Assembly: GCA_035515235.1 (NCBI GenBank)
Contig: DATJBS010000012.1
Span: 25,336 to 89,335, forward strand
DNA: 64,000 bases
Direction: 5' to 3'
From: Chitinophagales bacterium
GTDB lineage: Bacteria > Bacteroidota > Bacteroidia > Chitinophagales > JADIYW01
The notes below the pieces were generated by a model. It searched no databases. It worked only from the letters and a program-made list of their open reading frames with translations, and had not been told where the DNA came from. The translations under genes and the position numbers were made by a program. Below, in pieces: positions 1 to 8,913 of this stretch (within the stretch, counting starts at the first letter, position 1; every line of letters begins with the position of its first letter).

Positions 1-357
1 ATCGTATCCTTCTGTTTTAATCATATGATACAATCCTGGTATCTCCTCAGGACTATCTTGTAAATCTGCATCCATTGTAATGACCACATCTCCTTCTGAT
101 GCTAGAAACCCTTCATTTAAAGCAGCAGATTTGCCATAATTTCTTTGGAAACAAATGCCTTTAATATGTGGATTTTTCTGAGAATTCTCTTCAATAACAG
201 ACCAAGACCGATCCGTGCTACCATCATTGACAGCTATAATTTCGTATGAAAAATTATTCTTCAGCATGACCTGATCAATCCAAGCAAATAATTCTGGAAG
301 GGATTCTTCCTCATTATACAAAGGAATGATAACGGAGATGTCAATAGAATTAGCCAT
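1..357 (-). CDS. Glycosyltransferase family 2, N-terminal ~119 aa (gene runs off the left edge)
   Basis: Not in the ORF track (no stop in window). Hand translation from ATG at 357: MANSIDISVIIPLYNEEESLPELF...IIAVNDGSTDRS...VVITMDADLQDSPEEI. This is the GT-A/GT2 N-terminal pattern with a DAD (DxD-type) motif. Confidence 0.8.
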   Translation of the reverse strand, partial: MANSIDISVIIPLYNEEESLPELFAWIDQVMLKNNFSYEIIAVNDGSTDRSWSVIEENSQKNPHIKGICFQRNYGKSAALNEGFLASEGDVVITMDADLQDSPEEIPGLYHMIKTEGYD

Positions 358-784
358 TATTCTTAAAAATTAAAGCAATTAAAGAAGAAAACATCATACC
401 TAATGCATTATATTTTAAAATCACCACCGAAATAATAGAAACAGTATCACTTTCTGCTTCTAGAGGAATCCATTCTTGATGGAAAGCCACTAAATAAAAT
501 ATAGAAACAAATAAGGACATGACTAAAGCTGTCATCCAACCTGAAACAAATATTCTAGCGAAACTAGTCGTTCGATGTATTTTCTTAATGACGAATGTGG
601 TAAAACCAATTCCAAAAAGAATACTTATAATACCGACAAAAATTTCAAATAAATCATTTTCTTTCGGCAATTCTAAAGCCGTCGGAATAAAGCTCGCAAG
701 GATAAAAGCAGTAGCTGATAAAAATGCTGAAAATATAATAACAATTATACTAGAAGGCGCTTGGTCTTGATGCGTATCAGTCAT
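350..784 (-). CDS. Hypothetical multi-pass membrane protein
   Basis: 144-aa ORF with about 4 hydrophobic helices (IIVIIFSAFLSATAFILASFI, FVGIISILFGIGFTTFVI, WMTALVMSLFVSIFYLVAF, MMFSSLIALIF). It overlaps both neighbours by 8 nt. Confidence 0.55.
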   Translation of the reverse strand: MTDTHQDQAPSSIIVIIFSAFLSATAFILASFIPTALELPKENDLFEIFVGIISILFGIGFTTFVIKKIHRTTSFARIFVSGWMTALVMSLFVSIFYLVAFHQEWIPLEAESDTVSIISVVILKYNALGMMFSSLIALIFKNNG

Positions 785-2030
785 TCCATTCGATTTGACC
801 GTTATTAAAAACAGCTTTTACGCTTCCTGTAAGTTCCACACCAAAATAGGGAGAATTAGAGGATTTGCTTTTTCTCTGAGATGCTTTAACTGTAGATTTA
901 TCTTTAGGATCAACCAAAATAAAATTAGCTTTTTCTCCTTCATGAATAGAAATGATATCTTTTTGAAATAGTTTTCTTGGTGCGATAGACATTAACTGAA
1001 CCACTTTTTCTATATCCCCTAACGCTTTCATAGCTAAAGGAAAAGCAAACTCGATATTCGCCATTCCAGGAGTAGCATATTCAAATTCTAATCTTTTAGA
1101 TTCTACATCTAAGGGAATATGTTGAGTGCTGATCATATCAATAGTCCCATCTTTCAATCCTTTAAATAATGCTTTCACATCTTTTTGAGTTCTCAAAGGT
1201 GGAATTACTTTAAAATTGGTATCAAACTCACTCACTTCACTTTCATCAAATAACAAATGATGTAAATAAGCAGACGCTGTAACTTGAAGTCCTTTCTTTT
1301 TAGCTTCACGAATTAATTCTACTCCTTCTGCAGTACTTACACCTGTAAAGTGCAAATTACCTTCAGTATATTCTAGCAAACTTAAATCTCTATAAATTTG
1401 TAAGGATTCAGAAAGATTAGAAATACCTTTCATGCCCATGACTACAGAGGTTTTGCCTTCATTGATTTGCCCTTCTCCTACTAAATCTTCATCTAAAGGC
1501 ACAGAATAAATCACTCCATTAAATGGACTGACGTATTGTAAGGCGCGCATCATGACTCCAGAATTGTGAACAGAATGTGGCGCATCACTGAATGCTACTG
1601 CTCCAGCTTGATGCATATCAAACATTTCGGTAGGATTTTTCCCTTTCAACCCTTCAGTAATTGCACCTATTGGCCATATCTCTACAATATTTCCTTTAGT
1701 GTTTTTGACAAGATATTCTATTTGAGTTTTGTGTTGTGTGACAGGTTCTGTATCAGCAATAGCACATACCGAAGTGACACCACCTTTTATAGCAGCCTCT
1801 GTCAAACTTTGTATATCCTCTCTGTATTCAAATCCTGGATCACCAATAGAAGCATAAGTCTCACACAGTCCGGGCATCATTATCCAACCTTTTGCATCGA
1901 TCACTTTTACAGAGGAAACTTCAGAATTGGCTTCTAAAATTTTACCGTTTTTGATAATAATATCTTTAATTTTTCTATTCCAAGGGGAAGTAGGATCTAC
2001 GATTTCAACGTTATTGAGCCTGTATATCAT
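777..2030 (-). CDS. Dihydroorotase-like amidohydrolase with degenerate metal site (PyrC'-type)
   Basis: 417-aa ORF with dihydroorotase layout (GAVAFSDAP, TASAYLHHLLF, DMISTQHIPL). The expected HxH site reads PGLCETYASIGDPG and the DHAPH-type site reads TQHIPL. Confidence 0.7.
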   Translation of the reverse strand: MIYRLNNVEIVDPTSPWNRKIKDIIIKNGKILEANSEVSSVKVIDAKGWIMMPGLCETYASIGDPGFEYREDIQSLTEAAIKGGVTSVCAIADTEPVTQHKTQIEYLVKNTKGNIVEIWPIGAITEGLKGKNPTEMFDMHQAGAVAFSDAPHSVHNSGVMMRALQYVSPFNGVIYSVPLDEDLVGEGQINEGKTSVVMGMKGISNLSESLQIYRDLSLLEYTEGNLHFTGVSTAEGVELIREAKKKGLQVTASAYLHHLLFDESEVSEFDTNFKVIPPLRTQKDVKALFKGLKDGTIDMISTQHIPLDVESKRLEFEYATPGMANIEFAFPLAMKALGDIEKVVQLMSIAPRKLFQKDIISIHEGEKANFILVDPKDKSTVKASQRKSKSSNSPYFGVELTGSVKAVFNNGQIEWND

Positions 2031-4048
2031 GTAGTAGTTTTTCTATTTGAAAAGCGAATCAATAAAATTTCAGCTATCAAAAATAATAGTGCCAAAATTA
2101 CACAAACTTTCCATAGTGCTGCACGACTTTTTAAAATCCCTGGATTGTTTTTTTGTAAAAAATTGGTGTCATTTACAATATCAATATAAGCACCGGGAAA
2201 CTTTGCTTTCAATTCGGCTAAATTCAAGAATTTCATCTCAGATTCTTTCCTATCATAATTACAAGCAAGGACGGACAAAAGCTGCTCTCCTCTCCAAACA
2301 TCAAAAACGCCATCTTGAGACATACTTGAAGGAATTTCTATACTGACTTGCTGACCTAATGGACGAATCGGAGGAATAATCTCGTAAGAACCATTCGACA
2401 ATTTGATGGCTTCATCATTAGCAATAGAGATATTCAAATCTCTGACTTCCTCATGAGAGCCTATCGTATAATATAAAGGTCGGGCTTGTGATTTGATGAC
2501 AGCAAAATTATAGACTAACGGAGGAAAGATAGATTTTGAAGAGAAATCATTAATGTTGGCATCTAAGGAAGCTGCTTGAATATAAACCAAGCCTTTATCT
2601 ACTATATATTTTTGTATAAATGGTCTTCCATTGTCAAATTTCAAAATGCTGACTTCGGGCACTTGAAAAGAGGAAGTAATCGTCCAAAAAGATTGAACTT
2701 GAGGTAAATCTAAATTTTTAGGAAATTTTTCAAAAGCTATGGAAACAATAGGGTCTTGCTCATTCATTTCTATCACACGAGCTACTTGTTGCCTTCTTTC
2801 TGAATATTGACCTACCGATAATTTAGACAATAAAGCATTATTAGCTATTGAAGCTTTTTTATCATCTGGAATGACATAAAGATTACCACCATTTTTTACA
2901 AACTCTACCAATTCATCTTGAAAAGTGGTGGATAAATTCTGCACTTGATTCAATACTACCAAACTATAATCCTGTGAAATAGTAGCGGAAGAGGAGCTTT
3001 GTCTTTGTGTGATAAAACTTCGATCACTTTGAAAAACTTGATAAATATTTTTTGTAGATGTAATCTCTTCTATTAATAAGACTTTGTTTTGAACAGAAGC
3101 ATCTACTGCAAAATACATGATATTGTCAAAAGCTATATTGGCGTCTTGAATATTGATTTGGCCTTTTTGCCAACCGTTACTTTTGACATTAAGCGATAAA
3201 GTATCTATTAAAGTTTGGTCTTTTTGCAATACAATATCTTTCACAGCCACAACCTCTCCTTGTATAGATAATTGCAGTTGAGTAGATATTTCTGGACCTT
3301 GATTTTTAATTTTTACTAATAATTGATTGACAGCATCTCTATGAAAAACAGGATCTATCAAGCTGATGGAATCAATAGAAATATTATTATTGGAGTTATT
3401 TTGTATAGGAATGAGTGTACTCGACACAAACAAACTATCCCAAACTTGTGGCAATGCATTGACTTGAAAATCACTGAAATAATAAACGTGAACATTCCTC
3501 TCGTGCAAATCTTTTAAAAGTTGACTGACTCTTGTATTCCAATTTTCTACAGATAATGAAGTCGGTGAAAAGACGATATCGTTTACAATCTTCTTAGCTT
3601 CTGCAGGACTATAAAAAGATAAGTTGGAGCTTTCTAAATCATTCGTCAATATCATCACTTGACGTTGAGCGTCTAACTGCTCGAGCAATGCAGATGCTTT
3701 CCACTTCGCCTCTTCTAAAAGTGTTCGATTATTAGATAATTGACTCATACTAAAAGTATTGTCAATATAAATAATCAGCTTATCTGTGGGAGATTGAGCC
3801 TTTTTATCATTTCCAAAAAATGGCAAAGCAAAAGCTAAGACTAAAAATATAACTGCAAGAATTCTACTGAGTAAGATTAAAATATTTTTTAATCGACCAG
3901 TTTTCTTTTGCTCAACGATGACTTCATTCAGAAAAGTGATATCAGAAAAATATACTTTTTTATATCTCCTAAAATAAAATAAATGGATGATAATCGGAAT
4001 AGCAATCGCTGCTAATGCCCAAAGAATCCAAGGAGAACCAAAACCCAT
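2027..4048 (-). CDS. BatA-domain (N-terminal double-TM) protein
   Basis: 673-aa ORF. The N-terminus MGFGSPWILWALAAIAIPIIIHLFYFRR matches the BatA / N-terminal double-transmembrane signature. There is a C-terminal TM anchor (LWKVCVILALLFLIAEILLI) and a 4-nt overlap with the upstream gene. Confidence 0.7.
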   Translation of the reverse strand: MGFGSPWILWALAAIAIPIIIHLFYFRRYKKVYFSDITFLNEVIVEQKKTGRLKNILILLSRILAVIFLVLAFALPFFGNDKKAQSPTDKLIIYIDNTFSMSQLSNNRTLLEEAKWKASALLEQLDAQRQVMILTNDLESSNLSFYSPAEAKKIVNDIVFSPTSLSVENWNTRVSQLLKDLHERNVHVYYFSDFQVNALPQVWDSLFVSSTLIPIQNNSNNNISIDSISLIDPVFHRDAVNQLLVKIKNQGPEISTQLQLSIQGEVVAVKDIVLQKDQTLIDTLSLNVKSNGWQKGQINIQDANIAFDNIMYFAVDASVQNKVLLIEEITSTKNIYQVFQSDRSFITQRQSSSSATISQDYSLVVLNQVQNLSTTFQDELVEFVKNGGNLYVIPDDKKASIANNALLSKLSVGQYSERRQQVARVIEMNEQDPIVSIAFEKFPKNLDLPQVQSFWTITSSFQVPEVSILKFDNGRPFIQKYIVDKGLVYIQAASLDANINDFSSKSIFPPLVYNFAVIKSQARPLYYTIGSHEEVRDLNISIANDEAIKLSNGSYEIIPPIRPLGQQVSIEIPSSMSQDGVFDVWRGEQLLSVLACNYDRKESEMKFLNLAELKAKFPGAYIDIVNDTNFLQKNNPGILKSRAALWKVCVILALLFLIAEILLIRFSNRKTTT

Positions 4049-4146
4049 AACTCAAAAATAAAAGAATTGCGTTGTAAAAGAGAATAAGTTGAATGTTTAT
4101 ATAAATAGTAAGAAATTATACAAATCTGCTTTAGAAATTAGAGCTA

Positions 4147-5442
4147 TCAACTCTCCAAAGCTTCATATTTTTCTTCCACATGTTGTACATAAGCTGCAGC
4201 TGTGATATCTCCATTGACATTGATGACTGTTCTCGACATATCTAAAATCCTGTCAACACCATAAATCAGTGCGATAGATTCTCCAGGCACACCAATAGAA
4301 ATTAAAATCGTAACGATGACAGGCAACGAACCTCCAGGAACTCCTGCCGTCCCCACTCCTGCCATTACACATAAAAGCACCACCATAATTTGAGAAACAA
4401 AAGACAATTCCACATCAAAACATTGGGCTAAAAACAAAACGGTAATCCCTTCAAATAAAGCGGTTCCATTTTGATTTCCAGTACTTCCTACCGTTAAAAC
4501 AAAATGCGTAATCGGTTTAGGTATTTTTAATTTTTCTATACTCACTCTTATCGCTGTCGGTAAAGTCGCATTACTAGAACTAGTAGAAAATGCTGTCAAA
4601 GTCACTTCACTCATATCTTTCATGAATTGCCATGGATTCTTTTTTGCAAAGAATTTTAAAATAATTCCATACACTACAAATTGATGAATTGCCAATCCTA
4701 AAATCACTATCCCGACATACCAAATCAGCGTAATTAGAAAATCCGCTCCTACATTCAGTACCATATTAAACAATAAAGCAGCTACTCCATAAGGTGCGAG
4801 CTTCATAGCATAACCTATAATGACTAATACTATCTCGTATAAAGATTCAAGAAACTTCAACATCGGTTGAGCTTTTTCTGGACCAATAGCAGTCATAGCA
4901 ATACCAAAAATTAAAGCAAAAAACATAATAGAAATCAGTCCACCACCGGTATTATTGACATCAAAAGCATGGCCCATTTCATGAATTGGGTTTTTAGGGA
5001 TAATATTAGCAATGATATCTCCTATAGTTCTCTTTTTATTTTCATTAGAAAATTCTTGTGCACTAGAAGCTTCAGATTTGTACTCTTGAACTAAATAAGC
5101 TCTAGTTTCTTCTGAAATCTTTTTTCCTGGATTAAATATATTCACCAATCCCACACCTATCATCACGGCTATAAAACTCACAACAAGCGTATATTTCACC
5201 AATATACTTCCCATTCGCCCCAGCTTCTTTAAGTCGCCAATTTCAACTACACCCAATACCAATGCGGAGAGAATCAAAGGTATCACTGTCATGAAAATCA
5301 TGTTCATGAAAATTTTTCCAATAGGTTCTACCCATGCAGTAATGAGTGATAATTGTTCTTGTGGTAAATTCAATTGTTTCACTATCAGTCCGAGTACAAT
5401 CCCCGATAGCATTCCTATAAAAATCTTGGTATGTAATTTCAT
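4147..5442 (-). CDS. Dicarboxylate/amino acid:cation symporter (DAACS, GltP-like)
   Basis: 431-aa polytopic ORF with family blocks SSSNATLPTAI, VGSTGNQNGTALFEG and YGVDRILDMSRTVINVNGD. Confidence 0.85.
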   Translation of the reverse strand: MKLHTKIFIGMLSGIVLGLIVKQLNLPQEQLSLITAWVEPIGKIFMNMIFMTVIPLILSALVLGVVEIGDLKKLGRMGSILVKYTLVVSFIAVMIGVGLVNIFNPGKKISEETRAYLVQEYKSEASSAQEFSNENKKRTIGDIIANIIPKNPIHEMGHAFDVNNTGGGLISIMFFALIFGIAMTAIGPEKAQPMLKFLESLYEIVLVIIGYAMKLAPYGVAALLFNMVLNVGADFLITLIWYVGIVILGLAIHQFVVYGIILKFFAKKNPWQFMKDMSEVTLTAFSTSSSNATLPTAIRVSIEKLKIPKPITHFVLTVGSTGNQNGTALFEGITVLFLAQCFDVELSFVSQIMVVLLCVMAGVGTAGVPGGSLPVIVTILISIGVPGESIALIYGVDRILDMSRTVINVNGDITAAAYVQHVEEKYEALES

Positions 5443-5587
5443 TTGTGCTTTAAAGTAAGAGAAAATGAATAAAACATTTGAAAAATTCTCAATAAATTAT
5501 TATCTATCTCTAATTAAAAAGATAGAAAATGACCTTAAAACATATGATTATTGATTCAAATTTCAAAGAAATCAAACTTCCTCTCCA

Positions 5588-6232
5588 CTATTCTTCCGCT
5601 TCTATAACTTTAGCCTGGATGACTTTTTCTTTTAAGAAGGGACCTATCAATTCTAATGCACCATCCAATCTGTGGTTATTATTAATAATAATATCTGCAT
5701 GAAATTTCATCGGCAGAATAAATTGCTCATACGTCGGATGAACATGATATTGATATCTATACAAGACATCATCTAAAGGATAGTTGCGCTCCTCAGCATC
5801 TCTTTTAATTCTTCTAATCAACTTTAAATGCTCACTAGCATCTAAGAAAATTTTCAAATCCATTAATTTTGCAATCTCCTCAAAATAGAAAACAAAAATC
5901 CCTTCAACTATAATGACCGGTGCAGGTAAGTAAGTAATCTCTTTAGCCGTCACTAAAGGATTATTGAAGGTATATTCTGAGATAGTTACCGATTCGCCAT
6001 TGATTAATTTACTTAAATCATTGAAAAAATCTTCTCTTCTAAATGATGTAGGCAAATCAAAATTGAGTTGCTCATTACAATCTGCAGCTTGCTCCTCTCT
6101 TTTTTTGTAATAGTTGTCCATACTTAATAGACAGACTTCACTTGGAGAAAACTCGTGAAATAAACGATTGATTAAAGTAGTCTTACCAGATCCACTACCT
6201 CCGGTGATGCCAATGACGTACGGTTTGTGCAT
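5588..6232 (-). CDS. udk: Uridine kinase
   Basis: P-loop GITGGSGSGKTT right after MHKPYVI, with phosphoribulokinase/uridine kinase layout. I prefer the ATG at 6232 over the track start at 6265, which would add 11 unlikely residues. Confidence 0.85.
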   Translation of the reverse strand: MHKPYVIGITGGSGSGKTTLINRLFHEFSPSEVCLLSMDNYYKKREEQAADCNEQLNFDLPTSFRREDFFNDLSKLINGESVTISEYTFNNPLVTAKEITYLPAPVIIVEGIFVFYFEEIAKLMDLKIFLDASEHLKLIRRIKRDAEERNYPLDDVLYRYQYHVHPTYEQFILPMKFHADIIINNNHRLDGALELIGPFLKEKVIQAKVIEAEE

Positions 6233-6392
6233 ATACAAAGATATAAATTTGATGCAGAGCTTCAAGAACTTATTTTATAGATTTATAAAAATATCTATTC
6301 TTAATTTCCACAAAGAAAATCAATGTGAATAATCCATTCAGAAATTTATTGTCAATAGCTATTTTAAAGCTTAATTTTACAAAAAACTGACT

Positions 6393-7274
6393 ATGCAATT
6401 ATTGGATGGAAAAGACCTATCAAAAACTATCAAGCTAGAAATCGCTCAAAAAGTAAAAGAAATTAAATTAAATGGCGGTAAAACACCACACTTAGCAGCT
6501 ATTCTTGTAGGAAATGATGGAGCAAGTGAAACTTATGTAGCTAGCAAAGTAAAATCTTGCGAAGAAGTAGGTTTCAAATCCACTTTAGTCAGATTGGATA
6601 ATGATATTACTGAGCAAGAATTGTTAGCAGAAATTCATTTATTGAATAATGATGATGATATAGATGGCTTTATTGTTCAACTTCCATTACCGTCACATAT
6701 CAATGAACAAAAGATTGTACAAGCTATTGATCCTGAAAAAGATGTAGATGGTTTCCATCCTGTTAATGTCGGCAAAATGGTTCAAAACTTACCTACATTC
6801 TTACCTGCTACTCCTTATGGTATTTTGACTTTACTCAAAAGAAATAATATTGATACCAATGGTAAACATTGCGTAGTCATAGGTCGTAGTAATATTGTAG
6901 GCATGCCGATGAGTATCTTAATGGCAAGAAAAGACAATCCAGGAAACTGTACAGTTACGCTTTGTCACAGTGCTACTAAAAATCTGAAAGAAGAAATTCT
7001 AAGAGCAGACATCGTGATTGCAGCTTTAGGAAAAGCAGAATTTGTAACCGCTGATATGGTAAAAAAAGGCGCAGTCGTCATCGATGTAGGAATCACGAGA
7101 GTAAAAGACGATACCAAGAAATCAGGCTATGCACTCAAAGGAGATGTAAAATTTGATGAAGTTTCTAAAAAAGCTTCTTTCATTACTCCTGTTCCAGGTG
7201 GTGTAGGTCCTATGACGGTCGTATCTTTAATGCTCAATACTTTACAAGCTTCTAAGGATAAGACGATATTTTGA
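6393..7274 (+). CDS. folD: Bifunctional methylenetetrahydrofolate dehydrogenase/cyclohydrolase
   Basis: 293 aa with blocks [37 protein letters not shown] and [11 protein letters not shown]. Confidence 0.95.
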   Translation: MQLLDGKDLSKTIKLEIAQKVKEIKLNGGKTPHLAAILVGNDGASETYVASKVKSCEEVGFKSTLVRLDNDITEQELLAEIHLLNNDDDIDGFIVQLPLPSHINEQKIVQAIDPEKDVDGFHPVNVGKMVQNLPTFLPATPYGILTLLKRNNIDTNGKHCVVIGRSNIVGMPMSILMARKDNPGNCTVTLCHSATKNLKEEILRADIVIAALGKAEFVTADMVKKGAVVIDVGITRVKDDTKKSGYALKGDVKFDEVSKKASFITPVPGGVGPMTVVSLMLNTLQASKDKTIF

Positions 7275-7276
7275 CC

Positions 7277-7346
7277 ACACTTCGACAGGCTCAGTAACCA
7301 CAGTCGACTGACAATAGACGACACTTCGACTAAGCTCAGTGACCAC
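7277..7346. repeat. Two ~25-bp direct copies of an intergenic boilerplate word (acacttcgacNNgctcagtRaccac)
   Basis: 7277..7301 and 7321..7346 are near-identical. They are followed at 7464..7516 by gtcattctgaa.../...cagcatgac words of the same family seen at 16698..16829 and 54393..54610. Confidence 0.6.
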
Positions 7347-7579
7347 CGTTTTTGCAGAATTTAACATAATGCAAAAAATTAAACATTAAGAATTTAAGAT
7401 AAATTAATCATCACACTAACTTAATACTTTTCATAAAGAAATATAAGTCAACTGTTCCAATTTGTCATTCTGAAAGGATCTATTTAAGAATTGCTTTGAG
7501 ATGCTTACAGCATGACATGATAGTAATAGTTTAATCTCATTAGCACATTGACCAATCAGCACATTATCTCATTAACCCA

Positions 7580-8632
7580 TTACTTCAAAACATCACTCAA
7601 CTCAGAACCTCTAATTTCTAAAATCAATTGATAGCCATAAGCTGAAGATGGAGTTTGATATCCTGCTTTGAAGTTTCCTTCTAATATCTTTTGAGCAATA
7701 TTTAAAGCTGTTTCCGCAGTCAATGTATAAGCTTCAATTGTTTTTAGCTTTGCCATAATAGAAGCTCCTTTCTCATTAGATACTTTCCCTACTATATAAC
7801 TATTCGCTTGAGCTCTAACATCTTCAGACGGACCACCTTCTTTGACTTGAGATTTTAAAAAATTCTTCACAAAAGATAATCCAAGAATACCTTTGATATA
7901 ATTGGTCAATTTTAAATTCTTAATCATTTTGGGAGACATCGCCATAAATACTTTAATGTTAGGAATTCCAGTACTATAAAAAGCTGTACTCACATCTCCC
8001 CAAGGAATAGTGACTGCCGTCAAGTTAGGTTTGTCGAAATCAAATTTCTTGACTTCATAAGCATTCGGGACAGAAGTGATTTTTCCATTTTTCCTAATCG
8101 CACCACCTTTATCCATTCCGCTAATCATCGTAATGGAAGTTCCACGAGAAGGACCGCCAACTCCCTTAAATGCTAATTCTAAATCGGTTGCATCAGGTAA
8201 TTTTTCACTGAGATATTTAGCTAAACAATCTGTTGGAACCACATCAAAACCTGTTCCGGGCATGATCATAATATTTTTATCTATTCCATCTTGATGAAAA
8301 GTTTTAGCCATTTCAAAAACACCTATCTCGCCAGTGATATCTGTATAATGGAGTTTCTTTTCTATACAATATTCAATGACTTGATGAGCAGTCTCGCTAA
8401 AAGGTCCTGCACAATTCATTATCAAAGAATAATCACCGATGATATCATTAAGTAGATTTAAATTTTTAACATCCGAAACCTTATAAGGTAAATCATGCAA
8501 ATTGGCTAAGGAAGATAATTTCTGATCTGAACGACCTACTAATAAAGGCTTCAATCCTTTACTTACAGCTAACTCTGTGATTAGTGTTCCAGTATAACCG
8601 TAAGCACCATAAATAATAAAATTCTTTTCCAT
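7580..8632 (-). CDS. Saccharopine dehydrogenase family oxidoreductase
   Basis: 350 aa. N-terminal Rossmann motif IIYGAYGYTGTLI and the overall length and layout are typical of saccharopine-dehydrogenase-like NAD(P)-binding proteins. Confidence 0.75.
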   Translation of the reverse strand: MEKNFIIYGAYGYTGTLITELAVSKGLKPLLVGRSDQKLSSLANLHDLPYKVSDVKNLNLLNDIIGDYSLIMNCAGPFSETAHQVIEYCIEKKLHYTDITGEIGVFEMAKTFHQDGIDKNIMIMPGTGFDVVPTDCLAKYLSEKLPDATDLELAFKGVGGPSRGTSITMISGMDKGGAIRKNGKITSVPNAYEVKKFDFDKPNLTAVTIPWGDVSTAFYSTGIPNIKVFMAMSPKMIKNLKLTNYIKGILGLSFVKNFLKSQVKEGGPSEDVRAQANSYIVGKVSNEKGASIMAKLKTIEAYTLTAETALNIAQKILEGNFKAGYQTPSSAYGYQLILEIRGSELSDVLK

Positions 8633-8715
8633 TTCATTAAAATACGAATAAATTGAAAAAATATTAATTTAATTATGACTTGACACTTAGATAGTGCGAT
8701 ATTCTTGGAATAATC

Positions 8716-8730
8716 TTAGAATGATTCTAA
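8716..8730. promoter_or_regulatory. Perfect 7-1-7 palindrome TTAGAATgATTCTAA in the divergent promoter region (Fur-box-like)
   Basis: Read directly. The arms ttagaat/attctaa are exact reverse complements. A degenerate second copy, tttagaatgattttaaa, lies at 8889..8905 just upstream of the sufB ATG. Confidence 0.35.
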
Positions 8731-8807
8731 ATTTGCAAATTCTTTAAAGGCGCTGAACTTTAGCGTTAAAATTTAAGAAAGGAGTATTGTATTAAATATA
8801 CATTAAG

Positions 8808-8859
8808 AATACCTCAAAAATACCTAATTAATACCTAAATAAGTCGAAATGTATACCTC
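8808..8859 (+). promoter_or_regulatory. Helically phased AATACCT boxes upstream of sufB
   Basis: AATACCT occurs at 8808, 8819 and 8830 (11-bp spacing), plus TATACCT at 8853. Confidence 0.3.
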
Positions 8860-8877
8860 ACTTTGTTTAATATTTCA

Positions 8878-8885
8878 TAGATTTG
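8878..8885 (+). promoter_or_regulatory. Candidate Bacteroidota -7 promoter box (TAGATTTG) for the suf operon
   Basis: Matches TAnnTTTG, 29 nt upstream of the sufB ATG. Confidence 0.35.
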
Positions 8886-8913
8886 GTATTTAGAATGATT
8901 TTAAATAAAAACA

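Noticed and set aside
519-770. Antisense or nested ORFs inside larger genes. Examples: 519..770, 1566..1937, 2047..2346, 8944..9186, 19253..19513, 22812..23231, 27656..28045, 35126..35320, 36978..37310, 51690..52049, 57140..57436.
   Set aside because: Each lies wholly within a longer ORF on the opposite strand or in another frame, and that longer ORF has clear family motifs. Their sequences are low-complexity (S/F/L/I-rich), as expected from reading AT-rich coding DNA out of frame.
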